Assembly (NCBI RefSeq): GCF_016432865.1
Contig: NC_067403.1
Location: forward strand, 247,752,001 to 247,816,000
Length of the DNA: 64,000 nt
Reading direction: 5' to 3'
Origin: Antechinus flavipes
Taxonomy: Eukaryota
This document shows, piece after piece, positions 37,751 through 48,758 of this stretch. The notes under the pieces were generated by a model. That model made no database searches and had not been told where the DNA came from. It saw only the letters and a program-made list of their open reading frames with translations. Position numbers and translations under genes: made by a program. The first letter of the stretch is position 1. Each line of letters opens with the position of its first letter.

Positions 37751-38444
37751 GTGAGACAGAGATGAGGAATCCATGTTCTATGTCCTGCTCTCTCTAGGAT
37801 GGGATGAGTACTCATAGCTATTGAATAGAATGAAGGAGACTATGAGTAGGAGGGATAACAAAGGAAGTTAGGAGGGCTAAACATTTCCTGGGTAACTTTG
37901 TAAAATGAACAGGTTGGACTAGATGGCCTCTCATTTTTTAGCTCTATTCTAGGGTCTATGATGCGGTGAATGGAGGACAAAGAAGAGGTGGGAAAAATTA
38001 GGAATAAAAAATTCTGGCAAAGAGCCAGTCACTGTTATCATAAAAGGCAAAACTATAATAATCCCATGAATGGGCCTAGAGGTACCTTTTCACCTACATT
38101 TAAGCATCTCAACCAGAGAACCAGTCAAGGAAGGGGGATATCTCAAAACATCCCCAAGAGACTTCAGGTAGAAAGTTCAATTATAAAGATAAGCAGTGAT
38201 AGTGGTAAGAACAAAGGGTTCTCAGGTTGGCAAGAGACTCAGTCTTCTGGGGTTTTTAGCTTCTTTAATCTATGGGTGGAATGAGTAGTGAGGAAGTTCA
38301 AGGTAGAATTAATGGGACCACTCTGGAGAAGTCCACTTGTCATGGCCAAAAATATGTGAGAAGGTTTGCAATAAAGGCAGCGCAAGTGTCCTCGGATCCT
38401 TTCTTTGACCCCTTCTTGTCTTCCTACTTGTGTTTTTGCCTCAG

Positions 38445-38672
38445 TTTTTGCACTATCTAAAGGCTGTCTGCTTCACTACTCGAGCCCAGGAAGAGATCTT
38501 CTTTACCCAGGATGGAGAGATCCCAGCGATTTTTGATGTAGTGAATAATTACCTTGCTCTTAACCATAGTTTGCAGACTGCCAAAGTTGGACACTTAGAC
38601 TTCAGGGAGCCTCCAGGGAAAGAGCTGGTGATAAATAGCAGTACTATCATTTGGGCTGAGGGTCCTGGAAAG
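38445..38672 (+). CDS. V2R-like exon 4 (228 nt)
   Basis: Acceptor tgtttttgcctcag. Translates FLHYLKAVCFTT...IFFTQDGEIPAIFDVVN...KVGH...LVINSSTIIWAEGPGK. Donor AAG|gtgaga. Confidence 0.92.
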
Positions 38673-38925
38673 GTGAGAACCAAAATCCATTCTCTTCTGC
38701 TGCTCTCCTTTAATAATAGTGCCAACTAATTAGGGGAAGGAAGTAATTCTGGGACTCAGTCATTACATTTTAACTCCAAGTATGTACCACTGGAATTTCC
38801 TCCATTAGTGAGAACTCCGAAAAGTACAAATTTGGGAACTCCTGAAAATTACTTATTTTATACATGCTGTTAGGTTACCTCTAAACTTAACTCAGTTCTC
38901 TTTTTTTCTTTCTGCCTTTGAGTAG

Positions 38926-39049
38926 GTCCCTCTTTCAGTTTGCAGCAAAACATGTCCTTTGGGAACCCGGAAGTCAGTTATTCAGGGGCAACCAAGCTGC
39001 TGCTACCAGTGTCTTCACTGCCCAAAAGGAGAAATAGCCTATATCTCAG
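38926..39049 (+). CDS. V2R-like exon 5, copy a (124 nt, cysteine-rich domain)
   Basis: VPLSVCSKTCPLGTRKSVIQGQPSCCYQCLHCPKGEIAYIS. The 124-nt length is canonical for CaSR/V2R. AG/GT sites are intact; ends phase 1. Confidence 0.95.
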
Positions 39050-40554
39050 GTAAGGAAGACAGGAGAATGGTGGGACCATTTAGACCCCAAGCAACTATGG
39101 AGCTAGATTCAGGATGAGAGCATTATGGAACTAGTTGAAGAAGTAAGTTGGTTGAAAGTGAGAAGAGTCAGATGGGAGAAATGGAAAAAAATAATACTAG
39201 TAACTTCTGATGGGAAAAAGACAAAAAACATGAAGATATCGTTCACAGAATTTCACAGTTGGAAGGATTGTAGTGGATTTCTAGTCTGGTCCATACTTAG
39301 GAATTTTTTTTAAAGCAACATATCTGAAAAGTCATCATTCAGTCATTTCTTGAAGGTTTCCTTCTGGCAAGAGTTGAAAATCTAGTTTAAAATGAGCCAA
39401 AGAACTTGGAAGATGTGGTTCAAATCCAAGTTTTATTTTGAAGTAGTATGTTAAAATATAGCATGTTATGATCAGAATCCAAAAGGATTTCAATTGGCTT
39501 GAATGGTGGATTGAAATTGTCAAGTCAAAAAACATTTATTCAATCCATACTATGTGCCAGGTACTGTGTAAAGTTAATAAGGGAAAGTGCTTTAAAATTA
39601 TAATAGCTAATAATAATATTATTTATATAGCACTTACTATGTGCTAGGCATTGGGCTAAATGGGCTATTGTGCTCCTCATTTTACAGATAAAGAAATTGA
39701 GGCAAACAGAGGTTGTGACTTGCCCAGGGTCACAATAGATGGAAAGGATCTGAGATCAAATTTGAACTCAAATGCTTGTGACTCCAGCACCAGCTCTCTA
39801 TAGCTGTCTCAAATACAGAACTTGAGTCTAAAAGATCAATTGAACAAATGCAGGATAGGACAGAAAAAGTTAGAAGGCAATTCATGTTAAAAAAAAACCC
39901 CAGAGGTTTTACTGCACCAAGTGAGCAAAAAGCAGCAAGCATTATTAAGTGGAGTCTGTGTGTCAGGTATAGTGACCGTGAGCACAGTATTATGTGATAA
40001 CAAAAAAGCAAATAGGAATTAAGGTTGCTTTTACAGGAATTTTGATAACAAGGGAAGCTGGTAGTTGTGAATCCTTGTGATCCTTACTGCTAGGGAGGGC
40101 AAAGCTAGGGAATTGCTTGAATTCAGGAGTTCAGAGAGCTGCAAATAGGATCAAGGTATCCAGAACAACTGATGTCAGCCCCAATATGATAAGCCTCTGG
40201 AAGTAAAAACCTTCTGGTTATCTAAGGAGAGAAAAACTGGCCCAGGTAGAAAAAATGGAGCAGGTTAAAGCTTCTATGCTGATCAGTATTGGGATTAGAC
40301 CAATAAGATTGTATTTTCAACCTGGACATTGAAGAGATTAAATTAAATTTCCTAAAAATGCTTAAAATTTCTGGTGAACTGAAGTTATAACAAGAGCCAG
40401 CAATATCATATGGCAGTCATCACAATGTGATGAAAATATATACTGCTTTGACAAGAGGAAGGGAAGATTTACTTGAGGAAGGAAAAGTTCTCCCAGTGGG
40501 AAAAATCTTTCTCTTCTCACTTCCTATATGCGACTTACCCCAAATCTCTTTCAG

Positions 40555-41462
40555 ACAGTGCCAGTTGCCTGAAGTGCCCAGAGGACCAATGGCCAAACAA
40601 TGAAAAGGATCAGTGCATCCCTAAGATCCGTGATTTCCTCTCCTACACGGAGCCCCTGGGCATGGCTTTAGCCTTCTGTACAACCTTTCTCTTCCTCCTT
40701 TCTCTGACCATCCTTGGCACATTCATACGGCATCATCATACTCCCATAGTTAGAGCCAACAACCGCAGGCTAAGTTACATCCTTCTCTGTTCCCTGGCAC
40801 TATGCTTCCTCTGCCCATTCATGTTCATTGGCCACCCAGTACCCCTGACCTGTGCCCTGCGCCAGGCAGCCTTTGGGATTTTCTTCACAGTCTGTGTGTG
40901 TGCCACTCTGGCCAAGACCATCATTGTTGTGTCTGCCTTCAGGGCCACCAGACCAGATGCCAGACTCAGGAAGTGGGCAGGACCACGTCTCCCCAGTGCC
41001 GTCCTCATTGGCTTCTCCTTGGTCCAAGTTGTTCTGTGTATGTTCTGGGTCATTGGCTGGCCTCCGGTGCCCGTGAACTCGACAGAAGCAGGACCCACGG
41101 TCACCATGCTGTGTGGTGCAGGCTCCTCAGAGTTTTTCTATATCATGCTGGGCTACTTGGGCTTCCTGGCCCTGGTCAGTCTGGTGGTGGCCTTCCTGGC
41201 CCGGCAACTGCCTGACACTTTCAATGAAGCCAAGCACATCACCCTCAGCATGTTAGTCTTCTCCTGTGTCTGGATCGCCTTCATCCCAGCTCACCTGAGC
41301 GCTCAGGGCAAGGACACTGTGGCTGTGGAGATCTTTGCTATTTTAGCATCTGGGGCAGGCCTGATGTGCTGTTTGTTCTTCCCTAAGTGCTACATCATCC
41401 TGCTACGGCCTGAGAAGAACACAAAGGACCAAATGAGGGGCAATCGTCATTTCAAGAAATGA
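40555..41462 (+). CDS. V2R-like exon 6, copy a (end of CRD and the 7TM domain, 908 nt to stop)
   Basis: Acceptor tctctttcag. Translates (D)SASCLKCPEDQWPN...CIPK...TPIVRANN...LAKT...LPDTFNEAK...FFPKCYIILLRPEKN with a short C-tail. Completes 9 CRD cysteines and an 868-aa protein. Confidence 0.95.
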
Positions 41463-41718
41463 AACCCAAACCAGTCCTTCTATTTTTCTCATCATAGATG
41501 GGAGGGAAGATTCTCAGCATTTCCTAGCTCCCTCCAAGCTATTTTTGTGCCATGAAAGGGCCAGTATCTCATCTTGATACCTGGCTATCATTGATACATA
41601 CCATGGGTTTTCTCTCCTAGACTGGAACATTTCCTCTTTACTTTTAAGCCAATCCAAATCTTACCAGTCCTTCAGGCCCATCTAAAATATTCCCTTCAAT
41701 TATGAAGCTTCTGATTAC

Positions 41719-41950
41719 TGTTGCTCAGTCATCAATCATTTCTGACTCTATGTGACCTGTGGACATTTGTGCATAGGGTTTTCTTAGCAAAGGTACAGTA
41801 GTGGCTTGTTATTTCATTTTCCAGTGTGTTATCATTTTCACAGATGAAAAACTGAGGCAAATAGAGTTTGTAACTTTTCTAAGGTCATACGATTTCATAA
41901 GTGTCTGAGGCCACATTTGAACTTAGATCACGACTTCAGGCTCTGCACTG
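41719..41950 (-). mobile_element. MAR1-type SINE in the 3' flank (copy at ~45391-45620)
   Basis: Antisense tail (tgttgctcagtcat...ctgactctatgtgacc...ttttcttagcaaag) and core (acagatgaaaaactgaggc). Confidence 0.7.
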
Positions 41951-42160
41951 GCTGCAGTCTTCCCTGACCACTTAAATTTCCATTGATGACTTATATACCT
42001 TTTATTAACATCAAATATGGAGCTTAAACATTCTCAAATAGTTGCATGTATCCTAGAACTGCCTATTGGACTACTAGGTGAACTTCATAAGAGTAAGCAC
42101 CAATATTTCATCTATATCCATTTCAGTATTTGGTCCAGAGTTGGGTACCAGTAGATGTTC

Positions 42161-42166
42161 AATAAA
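42161..42166 (+). terminator. Candidate polyadenylation signal for exon 6a (second copy at 45837-45842 for exon 6b)
   Basis: First AATAAA after the stop codon. It lies in an L2-terminus-like context (agtagatgttcaataaat) and is followed by a GT-rich tract (tgtttattgtttatgttgt). Confidence 0.5.
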
Positions 42167-42264
42167 TCCCTGTTTATTGTTTATGTTGTACTTGTGACAC
42201 ACTCTTCTCATATATGTGGACACCAGGAAAACTATTCCAGTTTTAGATATCTTTTTGGTTTTTA

Positions 42265-42384
42265 CTTGCTCTTAACCATAGTTTGCAGACTGCCAAAGTT
42301 GGACACTTAGACTTCAGGGAGCATCCAGGGAAAGAGCTGGTGATAAATAGCAGTACTATCATTTGGGCTGAGGGTCCTGGAAAG
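42265..42384 (+). pseudogene. 5'-truncated copy of exon 4 (lacks the native acceptor, keeps the donor)
   Basis: Begins mid-exon at CTT GCT CTT AAC. One change, CCT>CAT (Pro>His). Donor AAG|gtgaga is retained. Confidence 0.85.
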
Positions 42385-42637
42385 GTGAGAACCAAAATCC
42401 ATTCTCTTCTGCTGCTCTCCTTTAATAATAGTGCCAACTAATTAGGGGAAGGAAGTAATTCTGGGACTCAGTCATTACATTTTAACTCCAAGTATGTACC
42501 ACTGGAATTTCCTCCATTAGTGAGAACTCAGAAAAGTACAAATTTGGGAACTCCTGAAAATTACTTATTTTATAAATGCTGTTAGGTTACCTCTAAACTT
42601 AACTCAGTTCTCTTTTTTTCTTTCTGCCTTTGAGTAG

Positions 42638-42761
42638 GTCCCTCTTTCAGTTTGCAGCAAAACATGTCCTTTGGGAACCCGGAAGTCAGTTATTCAGGGG
42701 CAACCAAGCTGCTGCTACCAGTGTCTTCACTGCCCAAAAGGAGAAATAGCCTATATCTCAG
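42638..42761 (+). CDS. V2R-like exon 5, copy b (124 nt, identical to copy a)
   Basis: Nucleotide-identical to 38926-39049 with intact splice sites. Whether it is used is unknown. Confidence 0.75.
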
Positions 42762-44226
42762 GTAAGGAAGACAGGAGAATGGTGGGACCATTTAGACCCC
42801 AAGCAACTATGGAGCTAGATTCAAGATGAGAGAATTATGGAACTAGTTGAAGAAGTAAGTTGGTTGAAAGTGAGAAGAGTCAGATGGGAGAAATGGAAAA
42901 GAATAATACTAGTAACTTCTGATGGGAAAAAGACAAAAAACATGAAGATATCGTTCACAGAATTTCACAGTTGGAAGGATTGTAGTGGATTTCTAGTCTG
43001 GTCCATACTTAGGAATTTTTTTAAAGCAACATATCTGAAAAGTCATCATTCAGTCATTTCTTGAAGGTTTCCTTCTGGCAAGAGTTGAAAATCTAGTTTA
43101 AAATGAGCCAAAGAACTTGGAAGATGTGGTTCAAATCCAAGTTTTATTTTGAAGTAGTATGTTAAAATATAGCATGTTATGATCAGAATCCAAAAGGATT
43201 TCAATTGGATTGAATGGTGGATTGAAACTGTCAAGTCAAAAAACATTTATTCAATCCATACTATGTGCCAGGTACTGTGTAAAGTTAATAAGGGAAAGTG
43301 CTTTAAAATTATAATAACTAATAATAATATTATTTATATAGCACTTGCTATGTGCTGGGAAAGAAACTGAGGCAAACAGAGGTTGTGACTTGCCCAGGGT
43401 CACAATAGATGGAAAGGACCTGAGGTCAAATTTGAACTCAAATGCTTGTGACTCCAGCACCAGCTCTCTGTAGCTGTCTCAAATACAGAACTTGAGTCTA
43501 AAAGATCAATTGAACAATTGCAGGATAGGACAGAAAAAGTTAGAAGGCAATTCATGTTAAAAAAAAAAGACCCAGAAGTTTTAGTGCACTAAGTGAGCAA
43601 AAGGCAGCAAGCATTATTAAGTGGAGTCTGTGTGTCAGGTATAGTGACCATGAACACAGTGTTATGTGATAACAAAAAAGCAAATAGGAATTAAGGTTGC
43701 TTTTACAGGAATTTTGATTACAAGGGAAGCTGGTAGTTGTGAATCCTTGTGATCCTTGCTGCTAGAGAGAGCAAAGCTAGGGAATTGCTTGAGTTCAGGA
43801 GTTCAGAGAGATGCAAATAGGATCAAGGTATCCAGACCAACTGACATCAGCCCCAATATGACAAGCCTCCAGAAGTAAAGACCTTCTGGTTACCTAAGGA
43901 GAGAAAAACTGGCCCAGGTTAGAAAAATGGAGCAGGTTAAAGCTTCTATGCTGATCAGTATTGGGATTAGACCAATAAGATTGTATTTTCAACCTGGACA
44001 TTGAAGAGATTAAATTAAATTTCCTAAAAATGCTTAAAATTTCTGGTGAACTGAAGATATAACAAGAGCCAGCAATATCATATGGCAGTCATCACAATGT
44101 GATGAAAATATATACTGCTTTGACAAGAGGAAGGGAAGATTTACTTGAGGAAGGAAAAGTTCTCCCAGTGGGAAAAATCTTTCTCTTCTCACTTCCTATA
44201 TGCGACTTACCCCAAATCTCTTTCAG

Positions 44227-45134
44227 ACAGTGCCAGTTGCCTGAAGTGCCCAGAGGACCAATGGCCAAACAATGAAAAGGATCAGTGCATCCCCAAGATC
44301 CGTGATTTCCTCTCCTACACGGAGCCCCTGGGCATGGCTTTAGCCTTCTGTACAACCTTTCTCTTCCTCCTTTCTCTGACCATCCTTGGCACATTCATAC
44401 GGCATCATCATACTCCCATAGTCAGAGCCAACAACCGCAGGCTAAGTTACATCCTTCTTTGTTCCCTGGCGCTATGCTTCCTCTGCCCATTCATGTTCAT
44501 TGGCCACCCAGTACCCCTGACCTGTGCCCTGCGCCAGTCAGCCTTTGGGATTTTCTTCACAGTCTGTGTGTGTGCCACTCTGGCCAAGACCATCATTGTT
44601 GTGTCTGCCTTCAGGGCCACCAGACCAGATGCCAGACTCAGGAAGTGGGCAGGACCAAGTCTCCCCAGTGCCGTCCTCATTGGCTTCTCCTTGGTCCAAG
44701 TTGTTCTGTGTATGTTCTGGGTCATTGGCTGGCCTCCGGTGCCCGTGAACTCGACAGAAGCAGGACCCACGGTCACCATGCTGTGTGGTGCAGGCTCCTC
44801 AGAGTTTTTCTATGTCATGCTGGGCTACTTGGGCTTCCTGGCCCTGGTCAGTCTGGTGGTGGCCTTCCTGGCCCGTCGATTGCCTGACACCTTCAACGAA
44901 GCCAAGCACATCACCCTCAGCATGTTGGTCTTCTCCTGTGTCTGGATCTCCTTCATCCCAGCCCACCTGAGCGCTCAGGGCAAGGACACTGTGGCTGTGG
45001 AGATCTTTGCTATTTTAGCATCTGGGGCAGGCCTGATGTGCTGTTTGTTCTTCCCTAAGTGCTATATCATCCTGCTACGGCCTGAGAAGAACACAAAGGA
45101 CCAAATGAGGGGCAATCGTCATTTCAAGAAATGA
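44227..45134 (+). CDS. V2R-like exon 6, copy b (alternative 7TM terminal exon)
   Basis: Intact acceptor and open frame. Differs from 6a by 16 nt (11 synonymous, 5 nonsynonymous: A>S, R>S, I>V, Q>R, A>S). Whether it is used is unknown. Confidence 0.75.
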
Positions 45135-48100
45135 AACCCAAACCAGTCCTTCTATTTTCCTCATCATAGATGGGAGGGAAGATTCTCAGCATTTCCTAGC
45201 TCCCTCCAAGCTCTCTTTGTGCCATGAAAGGGCCAGTATCTCATCTTGATACCTGGCTATCATTGATACATGCCATGGGTTTCCTCTCCTAGACTGGAAC
45301 ATTTCCTTTTTACTTTTAAGCCAATCCAAATCTTACCAGTCCTTCAGGCCCATCTAAAATATTCCCTTCAATTATGAAGCTTCTGATTACTGTTGCTCAG
45401 TCATCAATCATTTCTGACTCTATGTGACCTGTGGACATTTGTGCATAGGGTTTTCTTAGCAAAGGTACAGTAGTGGCTTGTTATTTCATTTTCCAGTGTG
45501 TTATCATTTTCACAGATGAAAAACTGAGGCAAATAGAGTTTGTAACTTTTCTAAGGTCATACGATTTCATAAGTGTCTGAGGCCACATTTGAACTTAGAT
45601 CACGACTTCAGGCTCTGCACTGGCTGCAGTCTTCCCTGACCACTTAAATTTCCATTGATGGCTTATATACCTTTTATTAACATCAAATATGGAGCTTAAA
45701 CATTCTCAAATAGTTGCATGTATCCTAGAACTGCCTATTGGACTACAAGGTGAACTTCATAAGAGTAAGCACCAAATTTTATTTCATCTATATCCATTTC
45801 AGTATTTGGTCCAGAGTTGGGTACCAGTAGATGTTCAATAAATCCCTGTTTATTGTTTATGTTGTACTTGTGACACACTCTTCTCATATATGTGGACACC
45901 AGGAAAACGATTCCAGTTTTAGATATCTTTTTGGTTTTTACTTACTCAAAACTATAGATTATGACCCTCTGGGGGTATTTGTACTTTTACTAGTCAGCTA
46001 GAGGATGTATAAACAGTTCAACATAAAGGGATTTATTTAGTGAAATAGTATTGTATAATATAGAGAAGAAGAAATTGAATCCTACTCCACGAACTTGGGG
46101 CACATTCACTCTAAACATGTCCATGTGTTGTTATGACACACATTTGAAGGAGTAACTCATGTTCCTGATAATATATTTGTACTGTTCACATAGGACTTAT
46201 TCCTCCCTAGGAATGATATCTCCATTTTTATTGTAGTTTCTGAGTATCTTTTTATCCCTAGTATATGGGTTTCATTTCTTGTAACATCTATTGGACATTG
46301 ACTTCTATTTACGATAGTAACTAAAAAGAGCTTCTCTTCAAAAGGGGAGGCTGTCAATTCTTTAGGGATATTCATAATCATATGGTAGTTAGGAACCACT
46401 GTTTATTACCCAAGATACAAGAGGCAGGTAGAATTTTTTTCTGGATATGATTATTGTATTCTTTTACTAACTTGTTTCAACTTGCACATCCACCATTTTT
46501 GTCCCAAGCTTTTTACTAATACAGCATTGGGAAATTTTTGAAGTTCCCATGAATTCCTGGTTGCCGGTTTTCATTCCCCTTTAAACCAGTTTAGGGTCCA
46601 TATTTTAATAAGCCCCAAATGACCACGAGAATCTGAAGTAGTATGGCTTTCTTGGACTGCCTCCAAATCCTCTGAGTCTGCCATACAAATGAATGAGCAG
46701 GGGAAAACAAAAATCTGAAAGTATCATCCTTTACTTTAAGCCCTTTGTTCCAAATTTCTGCCTTTCACATGCAAGTCTCCCAGGCTTTAAATTTCTTGGA
46801 ATTTTTTTTTTGTTTATTTAGAAAAAAATGATTGGCTGTGAGTTCTCCTTGTGAAATATTTTGAAAATATGGATTGTGAAAAACAGATGGTGTTAGAGAT
46901 CAAACGTGGGTTTGAGCCTTGGGGCCACCACTTAGTAACTTTGTGATTTTCAACAGGTCACTATTCATTGAGCTTGTTTCCCCATCTATTAAATGAAAAG
47001 AATCTTAATTGTGTTTTCTGCCTCCTGTGATAATCATTGTGATGATTATATGACATAATTATGTGAAACATTTTGTAAAGCTTAAACACTAGATTAATAT
47101 CCACTAGATCTTTAGCTTTCTTGATTTTTCTTCATTGATTTGCCTTCATTTTGCCCAACTATTGTTGCACAATAGAGCTTCCTAAGATTGGATAAACTGT
47201 GAGTGGAAAAAAATTGATTCTCAGAGATGGGGAAGGAATAAGTGCATCTAATGAATCTGAATTCATAGGATCATCAGATTATAAATCTAGTGTTAGAAGA
47301 GATTTAAAAAGGTATCTAGATCCCCTCCCCAATTTTACACATAAAACACATTCCTTACACATAAAGAAGTTAAGATGAATAGATTTTAAATGATTTATTC
47401 AGGATTAGGCAGCTAGTAAGGGTCAGAGACAAGATTTGAAAAGATGTGTTGCTGATTGCAATTTCAACATTCTATCCATTATGGCAAGGCAATTTCCCTG
47501 CTCTCAGAAGGTTAAAGGTTCAGACTTTGGCTTAAATGACACACTTAGTTTACAATATCACCAAAAGGTACAGGAACATTAACAATCAACATGATGGAAA
47601 ATTGTACCCATAACAGTTTTAGTTGGATATAATTCCCCTGGTCTTTCTCAGTCCCTCACAAAGACTCATTCTAGATACTTGTAGTAACAACTCTATGAAT
47701 AGTGAAGGTATCCCTAGATCAAAGGAATAATCATTTTCTCCTTTTGCTTGCTGTTATCCTCTATGATGTTTCATGCTGTAACCTGGGCCTCAGTGGATCA
47801 ATTGTCAAACTAGGATGTACTTTGGAGCTATATGTCTACAGATGTTCCCTCTCTTCTATTTTATGAGATTGTTTTTTTTTTTTTTGGGATTCCCATTAAG
47901 CCTTGTTTTCCTTATCTGATCTAATTAAATTATTACTGTGATTTCCTGCCTTGGAAATGTACCCTTAATATAGTAATTAAGACTTTGTCCGGGTGGAAAA
48001 ATATGTAGATTTGTGATCATGGCCAGTTCTCACTAAGAATCCCTTTCTCTTTAGCCTTAGCCTAGTGAGAACTCAGACAGCCAGTAAAACAAAGAATAGT

Positions 48101-48758
48101 AATCCCCAGCTTGAAGCTGACTGCATCCTTTATCCAAGGGTACTTAGTGAGAGTTTGCTGCTGCAGTCACTGATGGTGGTCACTGATGAGTTCCATGTTG
48201 CGTTATTTGGAAGTTTTGGGCAACTCACTGTTGAACTCACTGACTAGGGGGCAAAATTGTCTTGTGCAGAGTGATGTCTAGTTTCCCTTTTCATATTTTT
48301 CAGGAGGCTTTGGGGAGAACTAAAGTGTAGTCTCTTGCTATTAGATTTTCATACATTAGATGTATAATTTCATTACACGTTTCACTCAGTTCATGTAGAT
48401 GCTGAAGAAGTTAATAGTTAAATAAATATCTTTATAATATAATATATATATTATATATAATAATTATAGATATAATATAAATATAATAGTTAAATAAATA
48501 AAATAGATAAATCAGTTAAAGGGTGGTTGTCATAGAGTAGGTGGAGGAGACATTTCTTGCCTACATGAGATGCTCTTTGAAAATTCCTCTGACATCTCAT
48601 TATCCCGTGGCCTGCCTGATAATGAAGTTCTCTATCCTTAATAAGACTGGTCCTAGAATGCTTGATGAAGTTAATTATTGACTCTTTTCATCTAGGTGCA
48701 TTTTTCCAGAATTTGTTCCCTGTTAATATAGCCTTTAAAGAAGGATATATATATATAG

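Larger units (their letters stand above)
38553..42264 (+). repeat. Tandem duplication 2, unit A (3712 bp; 3' half of exon 4, exon 5a, exon 6a, 3' flank)
   Basis: Collinear with 42265-45943. CTT microhomology at 38553, 42265 and 45941. Confidence 0.97.
42265..45943 (+). repeat. Tandem duplication 2, unit B
   Basis: Collinear with unit A. Divergence is patchy and includes a ~40-bp deletion in an intronic SINE near 43355. Confidence 0.97.

Noticed and set aside
40473-40554. 329-aa stand-alone ORFs starting MRKEKF (40473 and 44145)
   Set aside because: The start is a TTG inside the intron. The real coding sequence begins at the acceptor (40555/44227), where family homology starts.
40775-41215. 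Overlapping antisense and alternate-frame ORFs within the 7TM exons and OR genes
   Set aside because: Shadow ORFs expected from the GC-richer codon usage of the real CDS, with no independent motifs.
25958-41462. Identity as CASR, GPRC6A or TAS1R
   Set aside because: The exon sizes, short C-tail, lost amino-acid-binding residues and divergent sequence fit V2R and not these conserved genes. No gene symbol is assigned.
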